A DNA stretch of 64,000 nt, taken from Mobula hypostoma (taxonomy: Eukaryota). Shown in pieces: positions 47,836 through 61,440 of this stretch. The position numbers were made by a program, and so were the translations under genes. Within the stretch, counting starts at the first letter, position 1. Every line of letters begins with the position of its first letter. The stretch lies in the NCBI RefSeq assembly GCF_963921235.1, contig NC_086101.1, forward strand, positions 8,992,001 to 9,056,000. Reading direction: 5' to 3'. The notes beneath the pieces were generated by a model that saw only the letters and a program-made list of their open reading frames with translations, did no database searches and had not been told where the DNA came from.

Positions 47836-50505
47836 AGAGATGGGGGAAAAGGGGAGGAAGGGTGGCATTACTGGTCAGGGATACTATTACAGCTACAGAA
47901 AGGGTGGGTAATGCAGCGGGATCCTCTTTTGAGTCAGTATGGGTGGAAGTCAGGAACAGGAAGGGAGCAGTTACTCTATTGGGGGTATTCTATAGGACAC
48001 CTGGTAGCAGCAGAGATACAGAGGAGCAGATTGGGAGGCAGATTTTGGAAAGGTGCAAAAATAACAGGGTTGTTATCATGGGTGGCTTTAACTTCACTAA
48101 TATTGATTGGCACCTGATTAGTTCCAACGGCTTAGACGGGGCAGAGTTTGTTAAGTGTGTCCAGGACGGATTCCTGTCACAGTATGTTGACAAGCCGACC
48201 AGGGGGAATGCCATACTGGATGGAGTACTAGGTAATGAACCGGGTCAGCTCACAGATTTCTCAGTGGGTGAGCATCTGGGGGACAGTGACCACCCCTCCC
48301 TGGCCTTTAGCATTATCATGGAAAAGGATAGAATCAGAGAGGACAGGAAAATTTTTAATTGGGGAAGGGCAAATTATGAGGCTATAAGGCTAGAACTTGA
48401 GGGTGTGAATTGGGATGATGTTTTTGCAGGAAAATGTACTATGGACATGTGATCAATGTTTCGGGATCTCTTGCAGGATGTTAGGGATAAATTTGTCCTG
48501 GTGAGGAAGATAAAGAATGGTAGGGTGAAGGAACCATGGGTGACAAGTGAGGTGGAAAATCTAGTCAGGTGGAAGAAGGCAGCATACATGAGGTTTAGGA
48601 AGCAAGGATCAGATTGGTCTATTGAGGAATATAGGGAAGCAAGAAAGGAGCTTAAGTAGGGGCTGAGAAGAGCAAGAAGGGGGGCATGAGAAGGCCTTGG
48701 TGAGTAGGGTAAAGGAAAACCCCGAGGCATTCTTCAATTATGTGAAGAAAAAAAGGATGACAGGAGTGAAGGTAGGACCGATTAGAGATAAAGGTGGGAA
48801 GATGTGCCTGGAGGCTGTGGAAGTGAGCGAGGTCCCAATGAATACTTCTCTTTGGTATTCACCAATGAGAGGGAACTTGATGACGGTGAGGACAATATGA
48901 GTGAGATTGATGTTCTGGAGCATGTTGATACTAAGGGAGAGGAGGTGTTGGAGTTGTGAAAATACATGAGGAAGGATAAGTCCCCTGGGCCTGACGGAAT
49001 ATTCCCAAGGCTGCTAAATGAGGTGAGGGAAGAGATTGCTGAGCCTCTGGCTAGGATCTTTATGTCCTTGTTGTCCACGGGAATGCTACCAGAGGACTGG
49101 AGGGAGGTGAATGTTGTCCCCTTGTTCAAAAAAGGGATAGTCCGGGTAATTATAGACCCAGTGAGCCCTACGTCTGTGGTGGGAAAGCTGTTGGAAAAGA
49201 CTCTTAGAGATAGGATCTATGGGCATTTAGAGAAAATGGTCTGATCAGGGACAGTCAGCATGGCTTTGTGAAGGGCAGATCGTGTCTGAGAAGCCTGATA
49301 GAGTTCTCTGAGGTGGTGACCAGGCATATAGATGAGGGTAGTGCAGTGGATGTGATCTATATGGATTTTAGTAAGGCATTTGACAAGGTTCCACACAGTA
49401 GGCTTATTCAGAAAGTCAGAAAGCTTGGGATCCAGGGAAGTTTGTCCAGGTGGATTCAGAATTGGCTTGCCTGCAGAAAGCAAAGGGTCATGGTGGAGGG
49501 AGTACATTCAGATTGGAGGGTTGTGACTAGCGGTGTCCCACAAGGATCGGTTCTGGGACCTCTACTTTTCGTGATTTTTATTAACGACCTGGATGTGGGG
49601 ATAGAAGGGTGGGTTGGCTAGTTTGAAGACGACACAAAGGTTGGTGGTGTTCTGGATAGAGTAGAGGATTGTCGAAGGTTGCAGAGGGATATTGATAGGA
49701 TGCAAAAGTGGGCTGAGAAGTGGTGGATGGAGTTCGACCTGGAGAAGTGTGAGGTGGTACACTTTGGAAGGACAAACTCCAACGCAGAGTACAAAGTAAG
49801 TGGTAGGATACTTGGTGGAGTGGAAGAGCAGAGGGATCTCGGGGTACATGTCCACAGATCCCTGAAAGTTGCCTCACAGGTAGATAGGATAGTTAAGAAA
49901 ATTTATGGATTGTTAGCTTTCATAAGTCGAGGGATAGAGTTTAAGAGTCGCGGGGTAATGATGCAGCTCTATAAAACTCTGGTTAGTCCGCACTTGGAGT
50001 ACTGTGTCCAGTTCTGGTCGCCTCCCTATAGGAAGGATGTGGAAGCATTGGAAAGGGTACAGAGGAGATTTACCAGGATGCTGCCTGGTTTAGAGAGTAT
50101 GCATTATGATCAGAGATTAAGAGAGCTAGGGCTTTACTCTTTGGAGAGAAGGGGGATGAGAGGAGACATGATCGTGGTGTACAAGTTAAAAAGAGGAATA
50201 GATAGAGTGGATAGCCAGCGCCTCTTCCCCAGGGCACCACAGCTTAATACAAGAGGACATGGCTTTAAGGTAAGGGGTGGGAAGTTCAAGGGGGATATCA
50301 GAGGAAGGTTTTTTACTCAGCGAGTGGTTGGTGCGTGGAATGCACTGCCTGAATCAGTGGTGGGGCAGATACACTAGTGAAGTTTAAGAGACTACTAGAC
50401 AGGTATATAGAGGAATTTAAGGTGGGGGGTTATTTGGGAAGCAGATCGGCACAACATTGTGGGCCGAAGGGCCTGTTCTCTGCTGAACTATTCTATGTTC
50501 TGTGT
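47836..50505 (+). mobile_element. CR1 LINE (family B), continuation: endonuclease, RT and 3' tail
   Basis: Resumes [55 protein letters not shown]; tail CTATTCTATGTTCT. Confidence 0.88.
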
Positions 50506-50516
50506 CTCTCTGTTTG

Positions 50517-52570
50517 AAACATAGAAAAACATACAGCAGAATACAGGCCCTTCAGCCCACAAAGCTGTGCCGAACATGTCCCTACCTTAGAACTACCTAG
50601 GCTTTACCCATAGCCCTCTATTTTTCTAAGCTCCATGTAGCCATCCAGCAGTCTCTTAAAAGACCCTATCATTTCGGCCTCCATCACCGCCACCAGCAGC
50701 CCATTCCATGCATTCACCACTCTGTGTCAAAAACTTACAGCTAACACCTCCTCTGTACCTACTTCCAAGCACCTTAAAACTATGCCCTCTCATGCTAGCC
50801 ATTTCAGCCCTGGGGAAAAGCCTCTGACTATTCACATGATCAATGCCTCTCATTATCTTATAGATCTCTGTCGGGTCACCTCTCATCCTCCATCATTCCA
50901 AGAAGAAAAGGCCGAGCTCACTCAACCTATTCTCATAAGGCATGCTCCCCAATCCAGGCAACGTCCTCGTAAATCTCCTCTGCACCCTTTCTACAGTTTC
51001 CCCGTCCTTCCTGTAGTGAGGCGACCAGAACTGAGCACAGAACTCCAGGTGGGGTCTGACCAGGGTCTGATACAGCTGCAACATTACCTCTCGGCTCTTA
51101 AACTCAATGCCACAATTGATGAAGGCCAATGCACCGTATGCCTTCTTAACCACAGGGTCAACCTGCGTAGCACCTTTGAATGCCCTATGGACTCGGACCC
51201 CAAGATCCCTCTGATCCTCCACACTGCCTTGAGTCTTACCATTAATGCTATATTCTGCCATCATATTTGACCGACCAAAATGTACCACCTCACACTTATC
51301 TGGGTTGAACACCATCTGCCACTTCTCAGCCCAGTTTTGCATCCCATCAATGTCCCGTTGTAACCTCTGACAGACCTCCACACTATCCACAACACCCCCA
51401 ACATCTGTGTCATAAGCACATTTACTAACACATCCCTCCACGTCCTCATCCAGGTCATTTATAAAAATCACAAAACAGATCCCTGAGGCACACCACTTGT
51501 CACCGTCCTCTATTCAGAATATGACCCGTCTACAACCACTCTTCTCCTTCTGTGGGCAAGCCAGTTCTGGATCCACAAAGCAATGTCCCCTTGGATCCCA
51601 TATCTCCTTACTTTCTCAACAAGCCTTGCATGGGGTACCTTATCAAATGCCTTGCTGAAATCCATATACACTACATCTACGGCTCGACCTTCATTAATGT
51701 GTTTCGTCACATCCTCAAAAAATTCAATCAGGCTCGTAAGACACAACCTGCCTTTGACAAAGCTATGCTGACTATTCCTAATTATATTGTGCAAATGTTC
51801 ATAAATCCTGCCTCTCAGGATCTTCACCATTAACTTACCAACCACTGAAGTAAGACTCACTGGCCTATAATTTCCTGGGCTGTCCCTACGCCCTTTCTTG
51901 AATAAGGGAACAACATCTGCAATCCTCCAGAACCTCTCCCGTCCTCATTGATGATGCAAAGATCATTGCCAGAGTCTCAGCAATCTCCTTCCTTGCTTCC
52001 CAAAATAGCCTGGGGTATCTCACATCCGGTCCCGGTAACCTATCCAACTTGATGCTTTCCAAAATCTCCAGCACATCCTCTTCCTTAATATCTACATTCT
52101 CAGCTTTTCAGTCCACTGTGTCATCCCTACAATCGCCAAGATCCTTTTCCGTAGTGAATACTGAAGCATAGTATTCATTAATTACTTCTGCTATCTCCTC
52201 CAGTTCCATACACACTTTTCCACTGTTACACTTGATTGGTCCTATTCTCTCACGCCTTATCCTCCTGCTCTTCAAATACTTGTAGAATGCCTTGGGGTTT
52301 TCCTTAATCCTGTCCGCCAGTGCCTTCTCATGGCCCCTTCTGGCTCTCTTAAATGCATTCTTAACCTCCTTCCTGCTAGCCTTATAACCTTCTAGATTCC
52401 GATCATTACCTGGTTTTTTGAACCTTTCGTAGGCTCTTCATTTCTTCTTGACGAGATTTACAACAGTCTTTGTACACCATGGACCTTCTACCCTACCATC
52501 CTTTCCATGTTTCATCGGAACGTACCTACGCAGAACCCCATGCAAATATCCCCTGAACATTTGCCACATT
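50517..52570 (-). mobile_element. CR1 LINE (family C), 3' part
   Basis: RT peptides [31 protein letters not shown]; 3' tail tail-to-tail with family B; continues at ~53722. Confidence 0.85.
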
Positions 52571-53721
52571 TAATATTAATATTAATATTAGGTATTAATA
52601 TTGAAGTAGTAAAATGGATTCAGCAGTGGCTGGTTGGGAGACGCTAGAGAGTGATGGTGGATAACTGTTTGTCAGATTGGAGGCCGGTGACTAGTGGTGT
52701 GCCTCAGGGATCTGTACTGGGTCCAATGTTATTTGTCATATACTTTAATGATCTGGATGATGGGGTGGCAAATTGGATGAGTAAGTATGCAGATGATACT
52801 AAGATAGGTGGTGTTGTGGATGATGAGGTAGGTTTTCAAAGCTTGCAGAGAGATTTAGGCCAGTTAGAAGAGTGAGTGGGCTGAAAGATGTCAGATGGAG
52901 TTTAATGCTGATAAATGTGAGGTGCTACACGTTGGTAGGACTAATCAAAATAGAACATACATGGTAAATGGTATGGCATTGAAGAATGCAGTAGAACAGA
53001 GGGATCTAGGAATAATGGAGCATAGTTCCCTGAAGGTGGAATGTCATGTGGATAGGGTGGTGAAGAAAGCTTTTGGTATGCTGGCCTTTATAAATCAGAG
53101 CATTGAGTATAGGTGTTGGGATGTAATGTTGAAATTGTACAAGGCATTGGTGAGGCCAAATTTGGAGTATTGTGTACAGTTTTGGTCACCAAATTATAGG
53201 AAGGATGTCAACAAAATAGAGAGAGTACAGAGAAGGTTTACTAGAATGTTACCTGGGTTTCATCACCTAAGTTACAGAGAAAGGTTGAACAAGTTGGGTC
53301 TTTATTCTTTGGAACATAGAAGGTTGAGGGGGGACTTGATAGAGGCATTTAAAATTATGAGAGGTATAGATAGAGTTGACGTGGATAGGCTTTTTCCATT
53401 GAGAGTGGGGGAGATTCAAACAAGAGGACATGAGTTCAGAGTTAAAGGGCAAAAGTTTAGGGGTAACATGAGGGGGAACTTCTTTACTCAGAGAGTGGTA
53501 GCTGTGTGGAACGAGCTTCCAGCAGAAGTGGTTGAGGCAGGTTCGATGTTGTCATTTAAAGTTAAACTGGACAGCTATATGGACAGGAACGGAATGGATG
53601 ATTATGGGCTGAGTGCAGGTCTGTGGGACTAGGTGAGAGTAAGAGTTCGGCATGGACTAGAAGGGCTCAGATGGCCTGTTTCTGTACTGTAATTGTTATA
53701 TGGTTATGGTTATATCTGATT
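52571..53721 (+). mobile_element. 5'-truncated CR1 LINE (family D) nested in family C
   Basis: [32 protein letters not shown]; tail (TTATGG)n; (TAATAT)n at 5' junction; host reads ...TTGCCACATT|TCTTCCGTAC... across it. Confidence 0.85.
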
Positions 53722-55600
53722 ATTTCTTCCGTACATTTCCCTGAGAACATCTCTTTCCAATTTATGCTTCCAAGCTCCTGCCTGATAGCCTCATAGTTCC
53801 CCTTACTCCAATTAAACGTTTTCCTAACTTGTCTGTTCCTATCCCTCTCCAATACTATAGTAAAGGAGATAGAATTGTGATCACTATCTCCAAAATGCTC
53901 TCCCACTGAGAGACCTGACACCTGACCAGGTTCATTTCCCAATACCAGATCAATTACAGCCTCTCCTCTTGTAGGCTTATCTACATATTGTGTCAAGAAA
54001 CCTTCCTGAACACACCTAACAAACTCTACCCCATCTAAACCCCTCACTCTAGGGAGATGCTAATCAATATTTGGGAAATTAAAATCTCCCACCACAACAA
54101 CCCTGTTATTACTTCTCCTTTCCAGAATCTATCTCCCTATCTGCTCCTTGATGTCCCTGTTACTATTGGGTGGTCTGCCAAAAACACCCAGTAGAGTTAA
54201 TGACCCCTTCCTATTCCTAACTTCCACCCACAGAAACTACGTAGACAATCCCTCCATGACCTCCTCCTTTTCTGCAGCCGTGACACTATCTCTGACCACC
54301 TCCTTTGCCTCCCTCCTTATCCTTTCTGAAACATCTAAAGCCTGGCACTTGAAGTAGCCATTCCTGCCCCTGCACCATCCAAGTCTCTGTAATAGTCACA
54401 ACAGCATAGCTCCACGTGCTGATTCATGCTGTAAAGTCATCTGCTTTATTCACGATGCTCCTCACATTAAAATAGATACATCTCAAACCATCGGTCTGAG
54501 CACGTCCCTTCTCTATCACCTGGCTCTCCTCCCTTTCGCACTGTCTCCAAGCTTTCTCTATTTGTGATCCAACCTCCCTTTCCTCTGTCTCATCAGTTCG
54601 GTTCCCACCCTCCAGCAATTCTGGTTTAATCTCTCCCCATTAGCCTTGGCAAGCCTTCCCGCCAGGATATTGGTCCCCTTGGGATTCAAGTGCAACCCGT
54701 CCTTTTTGTACAGGTCCCACCTGCCCCAAAAGAGGTCCCAATGATCCAGAAATCTGAATCCCTGCCCCCTGCTCCCTGCTACAATCCCTCAACCACACAT
54801 TTACCCTCCACCTCATTCTACTCCTATACTCACTGTCACGTGGCACAGGCAGTAATTCTGAGATTACTGCCTTTGAGGTCCTGCTTCTCAACTTCTTTCC
54901 CAACTCCCTGTAGTCTGTTTACAGGACCTCCTCCCTTTTCCGACCTATGTCATTGGTACCAATATGTACCACGACCTCTGGCTGTTCTCCTACCCATGAA
55001 AGATATCGTGGATGCGATCAGAAACATCCCGGACCCTGGCTCCTGGGAGGCAAACTGCCATCCGCGTTTCTTTCCTGCGTCCACAGAATCGCCTGTCTGA
55101 CCCCCTAACTGTAGAGTCTCCTATCACTACTGCCTTCCTCTTCCTTTCCCTACCCTTCTGAGCCACAGGGCCAGACTCTGTGCCAGAGGTGCGATCACTG
55201 TTGCTTCCCCCAGGTGGGCCATTCCCCCCCAACAGTACTCAAACAGGAATACTTATTGTAAAGGGACAGCTAGTACCTGCTGTCCTGCTTCTAGTACCCG
55301 CTTCTTGCCCTTCCATCTCCTCACTCTTATCCACTTCTCTGTCTCCTGTGGTCCCGGGTGACTACCTGCCTATAGCTCCTCTCTATCACCTCCTCACTCT
55401 CCCTGTCCAGACGAAGGTCATCAACCTGCATCTCCAGTTCCCTAACACGGTCTCTAAGGAGCTGTAGCTCGACGCACCTGGTGCAGATGTGGCCGTCCGG
55501 GAGGCTGAGAGTCTCCAGGACCTCCCACATCTGACACCGAGCACAGAAAACCGGCCTCACACACATACTCTCTGTCTTTGTTTTAAACAGATAACCTACC
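53722..55600 (-). mobile_element. CR1 LINE (family C), 5' part with ORF1 (zinc finger + esterase) and endonuclease
   Basis: CARCQMWE...HICTRC; KAVVIGDSTVRGSDRRFCG; LRCIYFNVRSI; GEHFGDSDHNSI. Confidence 0.82.
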
Positions 55601-56652
55601 TGGTCTCGACCCTTTATCACCGAAGCCCCATTGAGCCAAAGCCTTCCTACTCTGTCTCCCTCTACTCTGTCACCCGCTCTGTAAATCTGTCTTCCTTATA
55701 AACTCTTCCCGCTGTTCTCACTGGCTGACCTCCACACCTTTGCACAGTCGTGCCCCATTCAAACCGCTGAAGAAATAACAGTCACCTTTTCAACTCTGCT
55801 CGCTTTTAAACTCTTACCACTGTTCTCACTGGCTGACCTCCACACGCTTGCGCAGTCGTGCCCCGTTCAAACCGCTGAAGAAATAACCACTGTTATTTAC
55901 CACCGTTAACCACCGTTGATCAGTGGGAACTGAAGTTGAATTCCAGAACATGACCCTCAGATCAGATTTACCATCTATATCTGGTTTGTATCAGGTTCAT
56001 TGTTTTGGAGAATTTTGCACTGTCTTTTGTTTTTCAGAAATATTCTTCATCAGATTATATCCCATTTTCCATCATAGACAGGTCTTTCAGTCCATTCTCT
56101 CCTATCAATTTCCCTGCTTCACAAGCCTCCTCCCACCTACTCACCACAACCAGCAACAGTGCTCCGGACTCCATGGTCCCTCATGTGTTTATGCAGCTTC
56201 CCCATTACATTCACTCTCTGCCGTTCCACTTCAACCACTCCTGTGGCAGTGAGTCCACGTTCTCTTCACCACATTTCTTGTGGAATTTATTAACGACTAA
56301 CTGATGTTTTATCTTTGACTTTTGGTCTCCACACAACCAGAAATATTTTCTATCAAATCCATTTGGAATCTTAAATTCCTCCATTTGATCCTCCCTGACA
56401 TCATATCCAGATAAAAGTACACAACCTGTCCAGTCTCTCCTGTAAGTTCCTTCTCTCAGTTATGGTATAATTCTCATAAACATTCCTTGTACTTTCTCCC
56501 ATGGTTCTATGTCCCTCTTTTCCCGTTCGTGTAAGTGGGAATGATTTTAGTGGGAATTTTCAGCAGCTTGTAATAACTTGTCTTAGATTCCTGCTGTCGG
56601 GATGCCGATGGTCCATCTCAATCAATTGAGATCTGTGTTCTATTTATTTCAG

Positions 56653-56675
56653 GAGGAAGCTCGTCGGAAGAGAAG
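56653..56675 (+). CDS. TRIM-B coding exon 4 (23 bp)
   Basis: ATTTCAG|GAGGAAGCTCGTCGGAAGAGAAG|GTAGTA; flanking intron homologous to TRIM-A 12011-12100. Confidence 0.82.
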
Positions 56676-56769
56676 GTAGTACATGGTCTTTACTGAAGCA
56701 CTATGAATTTATAAAATAGTTCAAATATCACTGATGCTCAGTTTATAACCATCTGTATAATATTTACAG

Positions 56770-56888
56770 GGTAAGTGACAATAGGCAGGTATTGTCAGTG
56801 ACAGGTCGTGCCCTACTGGTTGAAAAATTCGATCACCTCTATTTGCTTGACATAGCGTTGGAAGAAGTGATTGGCAGCATTAAACAAG
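56770..56888 (+). CDS. TRIM-B coding exon 5 (119 bp); final PRY-SPRY exon not found in window
   Basis: TTTACAG|GGTAAGT...AAACAAG|GTAAAA; VSDNRQVLSVTGRALLVEKFDHLYLLDIALEEVIGSIKQ. Confidence 0.82.
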
Positions 56889-56983
56889 GTAAAACATCAG
56901 ATTCATTTGTTCTTGTTTATGAGACACGACTAAGTTATAATTAGACACAAAATATGACTGTAATTATAGGCTGAAGGGAAACT

Positions 56984-59900
56984 ATAGACAATAAGACATA
57001 GGAGCAGAATTAGTGTCTTTGGCACATTGAGTTTGCTCCGCCATTTTATCATGGCTGATCTTTTCTTCCCCTCCTCAGTCCCTCTCCCCGGCCTTCTCCC
57101 TGTAACCTTTGATGCCATGTCCAATGTCCAATGTCCATGTCCATGTCCAATCAAGAATCTATCGAGCTCTGCCTTAAGTACACCCAACGACCTGGCCTCC
57201 ACTGCTGCTTGAGGTAATAAATTCATTAAATTCACCACCCTCTGGCTAAAGAAATTTCTCCGCATCTCTGTTTAAATGGATCTCCCTCTATCCTGAGGCT
57301 GTGCCCTCTTGCCCGAGATTCCCCACCATGGGGAACATCCTTTCTACATCTACTCTGTCTCGGCATTTCAGCATTCGATAGGTTTCAATGACATCCCCCC
57401 CATCCTTCTAAATTCCAGCGAGTACAGACACAGAAATGTCAAACGTTCCTCGTATGATAACCATTTCATTCCCAGAATCATCATTGTGACCCTCCCTTGA
57501 ACCCTCTCCAATGCCAGCACATCTTTTCTTAGATGAGGAGCCCAGAAATGTTCACAACACTGAAGTTGAGGCCTGACTAGTGCCTTATAAATCCTGAGTA
57601 TCACATCCTTGCTCTTGTATTCTAGACCTCTTAAATCAGATGCTAACATTGAATTTGCCTTCCTCACCACTGACTCAGTCTGCAAGTTAACCTTTAGGGT
57701 GTTCTGCGCAAGGACACCCAAGCCCCTTTGAATCTCAAATTTTTGGATTTTCTCCCCACTTAGAATACAGTCTGCAGATTTATTTCTACTACCAAAGTGC
57801 ACGAGCATGCATTTTCTAACATTGTATTTCATTTGCCACTTCCTTGCCCATACTCCGAATCTGCCTAAGTCCTTCTGCAGCCTATCTGTTTCCTCAACAC
57901 TACCTGCCCCTCCACCAATCTTTGCATCAGCTGAAAACATAGCAACAAAGCCATCCATCCCATCATCTACGAGGGTGATTGATAAGTTCTCAGACAGTGC
58001 TTACTTGCAATTTTCAATTACCTGAAACAATAATACCACAAAAGTTATTAACTTCAAACTTCCTCCATAATCACTCAAAGAGTTCAAAAGCACGTGAATG
58101 TAACGAGAGCTGTATAACCCATCTCCTTCTACATTAGGCCATGAACTTATCAATCACCCCTCGTAAGTCATTTATATACGGCATAAGTGGAAGTCGTCCC
58201 AACACCGACCCTTGCGGAACACCACTAGTCACTGGCAACCAACTAGGATGTGATAATTTTATTCCCACTCGCTCCCTCCTACCAATCAGCCAATGCTCTA
58301 AACATGCCAGTAACTTTCCTGTTATACCAGCGGCTCTCAACTTGGTGAGTAGACTCATGTGTCAACTTGTCAAAGGCCTTCTGAAAATCCAGAAATACAA
58401 CATCCCCGTTATCTATCCTACGCGGAATCTCCTCAACGAATTCCAACAGGTTCGTCGGCCAAGATTTTTCCTTAAGGAACCATGCTGAATTTGTCCCATC
58501 TTGTCCTGCGTCACCAAGTACTCCATCACCTCATCCTTAACAATTGACTGCAGCATCTTCCCAGACACTGAAGTCAGGCTAACTGGTCATAATTCCCTGT
58601 CTGCTGCATTCCGCCTTTCTTAAAGAGTGGAGTGACATTTGCAATATTCCAGTCCTCTGACACCATGCCAGAGTCAAATGATTTTTGAAAGATCATTACG
58701 AATGGCTCCACAATCAGAACCACTACTTCCTGCAGACCCCGAGTGTGCAGTTCATCTGGTCTGGGTCATTTATGTACCCTTAGTTCTTTCAGCTTTTTGA
58801 GCACCTTTTACCTTGTAAAATTAATTGCACTCACTTAGTTCTTCTGCCACCTCCTTGTCCCCCGTTATTACTTCTCCGGGATCATTTTCAAGCAATCCTA
58901 CATCCATTCTCTATTATTTTTACATATTTGAAAAAGCTTTCACTATCCACTTTGATATTGTTTGTTGGCTTGGTTTCATATTTCATCTTTTCCCTCCTAA
59001 TGATTCTTTCAGTTGCTCTCTGTAGAATTTTAAATTTTTCTCAGAAACTCACTCCATTGCTGCTCTGCTGTCATCCCTGCCAGCATCTCCTTCCAAATTA
59101 CTTTGGCCAACTCCTTTCTATCATTTTGTTATCACTGCCTCCTCAGGGTTCCTTTACCTTAAACACCCTAATCGCTTCCGGTTCATTGCATAACACCAAA
59201 TCCAGTATAGCTGATCCCCTAGAAGGCTCAAAGACAAACTGCTCAAAAAATTCACCTCTTAGGTACTGAACAAATTCCCTCTCTAGAGATCCATTTCCAA
59301 CCTGATTTTCCCAATGGACCTTCATGTTAAAATCTCCCACAACCATCATAACATTGCCCCTTTGACATGCCTTTTCCATATTAGACCATGAGATATAGGA
59401 GCAGAAGTAGGCCATTTGGGCCATTGAGTCTGGTCCGCCATTCAATCATGGGCTGATCCAATTCTTCCAGTCATCCCCACTCCCCTGCTTTTGCCCTATA
59501 CCCTTTGATGCCCTGGCTGATCAAGAACCTATCTATCTCTGCCCTAAATACATCCAAATGTTGAAAAGGCAAGATGGGGTGGATGTGGAGAGGATGTTCT
59601 CTATGGTGGAGTGGATATGGCGAGAAGGCACGTGTTTGTCATGGAGTGAGATCCAGGATCAGCCATCATGGAATGGCGGAGCAGACGCGATGGGCTGAAT
59701 GGCCTAACTCTGCTCCTAATGACTCGGCCTCCAAAGCCGCTCGTGGCAACAAATTCCACAGATTTTCCACCCTCTCATGAAAGTAATTTCTCCGTATCTC
59801 AGTTCTAAAAGGACGTCCTTCAATCCTGAAGTCGTGCCCTCTTGTCCCGGAATCTCCTACCATGGGAAATAACTTTGCCATATCTAACTGGTTCAGCCTT

Positions 59901-61440
59901 TTAACACTTGGAATGTTTCTATGAGACCCTCCCTCACTCTGCTGACCTCCAGGGCATACAGCCCAAGAGCTGCCAGATGTTTCTCATACGGTAACCCTTT
60001 CATTCCTGGAATCATTCTAGTGAATCTTCTCTGAACCCTTTCTAAATATATCCTTTTCAAAATAAGGAGCCCAAAATTGAACACTATACACTATATGTGG
60101 TCTTACGAGTGCTTATAGAGCCTCAATATCACATCCCTGCTCTTATATTTTATACCTCCAAAAATGAATACCAATATTGCATTTGCCTTCTTCACAACCA
60201 ACTCAACCTGGAGGTTAACCTTTAGGGTATCTTGCACAAGGACTCCCAAGTCCCTTTGCATCTCTGCATTTTGAATTCTCTCCTATTCTCTTGTAATCTA
60301 TGGTCCACATCCCAGCTACTACTGGGAGCCCTGTATATACCCTTGTATTTTCTGAACTCAACCCAAAAGGATTCAACATCTTCCATTCCTGTGTCACATC
60401 TTTCTACTGATTTGATGCCATTCGTTACCAGTAGAGCCACACCACCCCCTCTGCCTACCTTCCCATCACTCTGATATAATGTGTAACCTTGGACATTCAG
60501 CTCCCAACTACAACCATCCTTCAGCCACAATTCAGTGATGGCCACAACATCATACATGACAATCTGTAATAGTGCAACAAGATCATCCACCTTATTTCTT
60601 ATCCTCCATGAAGTGAAATATAACACTTTGAGTACTGCATTTGCTATGCTTTTTGATTTTGCATCCCTAATGCACTGATACTCACCCTGCTGGCTCCAGT
60701 ATGTCCGATCATCTGCCTGCCCTTCCTGACAGTTTGACTGCCGGCTATCTTTGTTTTTTTACCATCTATCCTATCCTGTGTCCCCTCACTCCAGTTCCCA
60801 CCCCACTGCCAAATTAGTTTAAACCCTCCCCAACAGCTCTAACAAACCTGCCCACTAGAATTTTGGTTCCCCCTCGGGTCCAGGTGCAACCTGTCACTTT
60901 TGTACAGTTCATACCTCCCCCAGAAGAGATCCCAATGATCCAAGAACCTGAAGCCCTGCCCCCTCCACCAGCTTCTCAGCCATGCATTAATTTGCCAAAT
61001 CATCCTGTTTCTACCCACAATGACGCGTGGCACAGGCAGCAATCGAGAAATTACTTCCTGGAAGGTCCTGGTTCTCAACTTTCTACCTAGCTCTCTAAGT
61101 TCTCTGTGCAGGACCTCTTTTCACTGTGCTAACTGCCTATTTACATTTCCATTTCTCACGACAGACTCCCAGCTACTCACCTCCTGCAACTTTCGAGTGA
61201 CTACTTTCCAGTAATTCTGATCAATTATCTCCTCACTCTCCTCTGCAATCCGAAGGTCATCCAGCTGCTGCTCCAGATCCCTAATATAGTCTTCAGGGAG
61301 CTGGAGCCGGATGCACTTCACACAGATGGTGTTCACTGGGAGACTCTGGTCTCCCAGGACTCCAACATCCAGCATGAAGAACATACAACAGGCATTTACT
61401 ACATGAGGTACAGTAAGAGAAAAAAAAGGGAACTGTAACA
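56984..61440 (-). mobile_element. Degenerate CR1 with further nested CR1 fragments (about 59380-60250) in TRIM-B intron 5
   Basis: RT, endonuclease (VVAITELWL, VVGDFNM) and ORF1 (ICVKCIRLQ, FRFLDHWDLFWGR) remnants; several CR1 3' tails. Confidence 0.75.
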
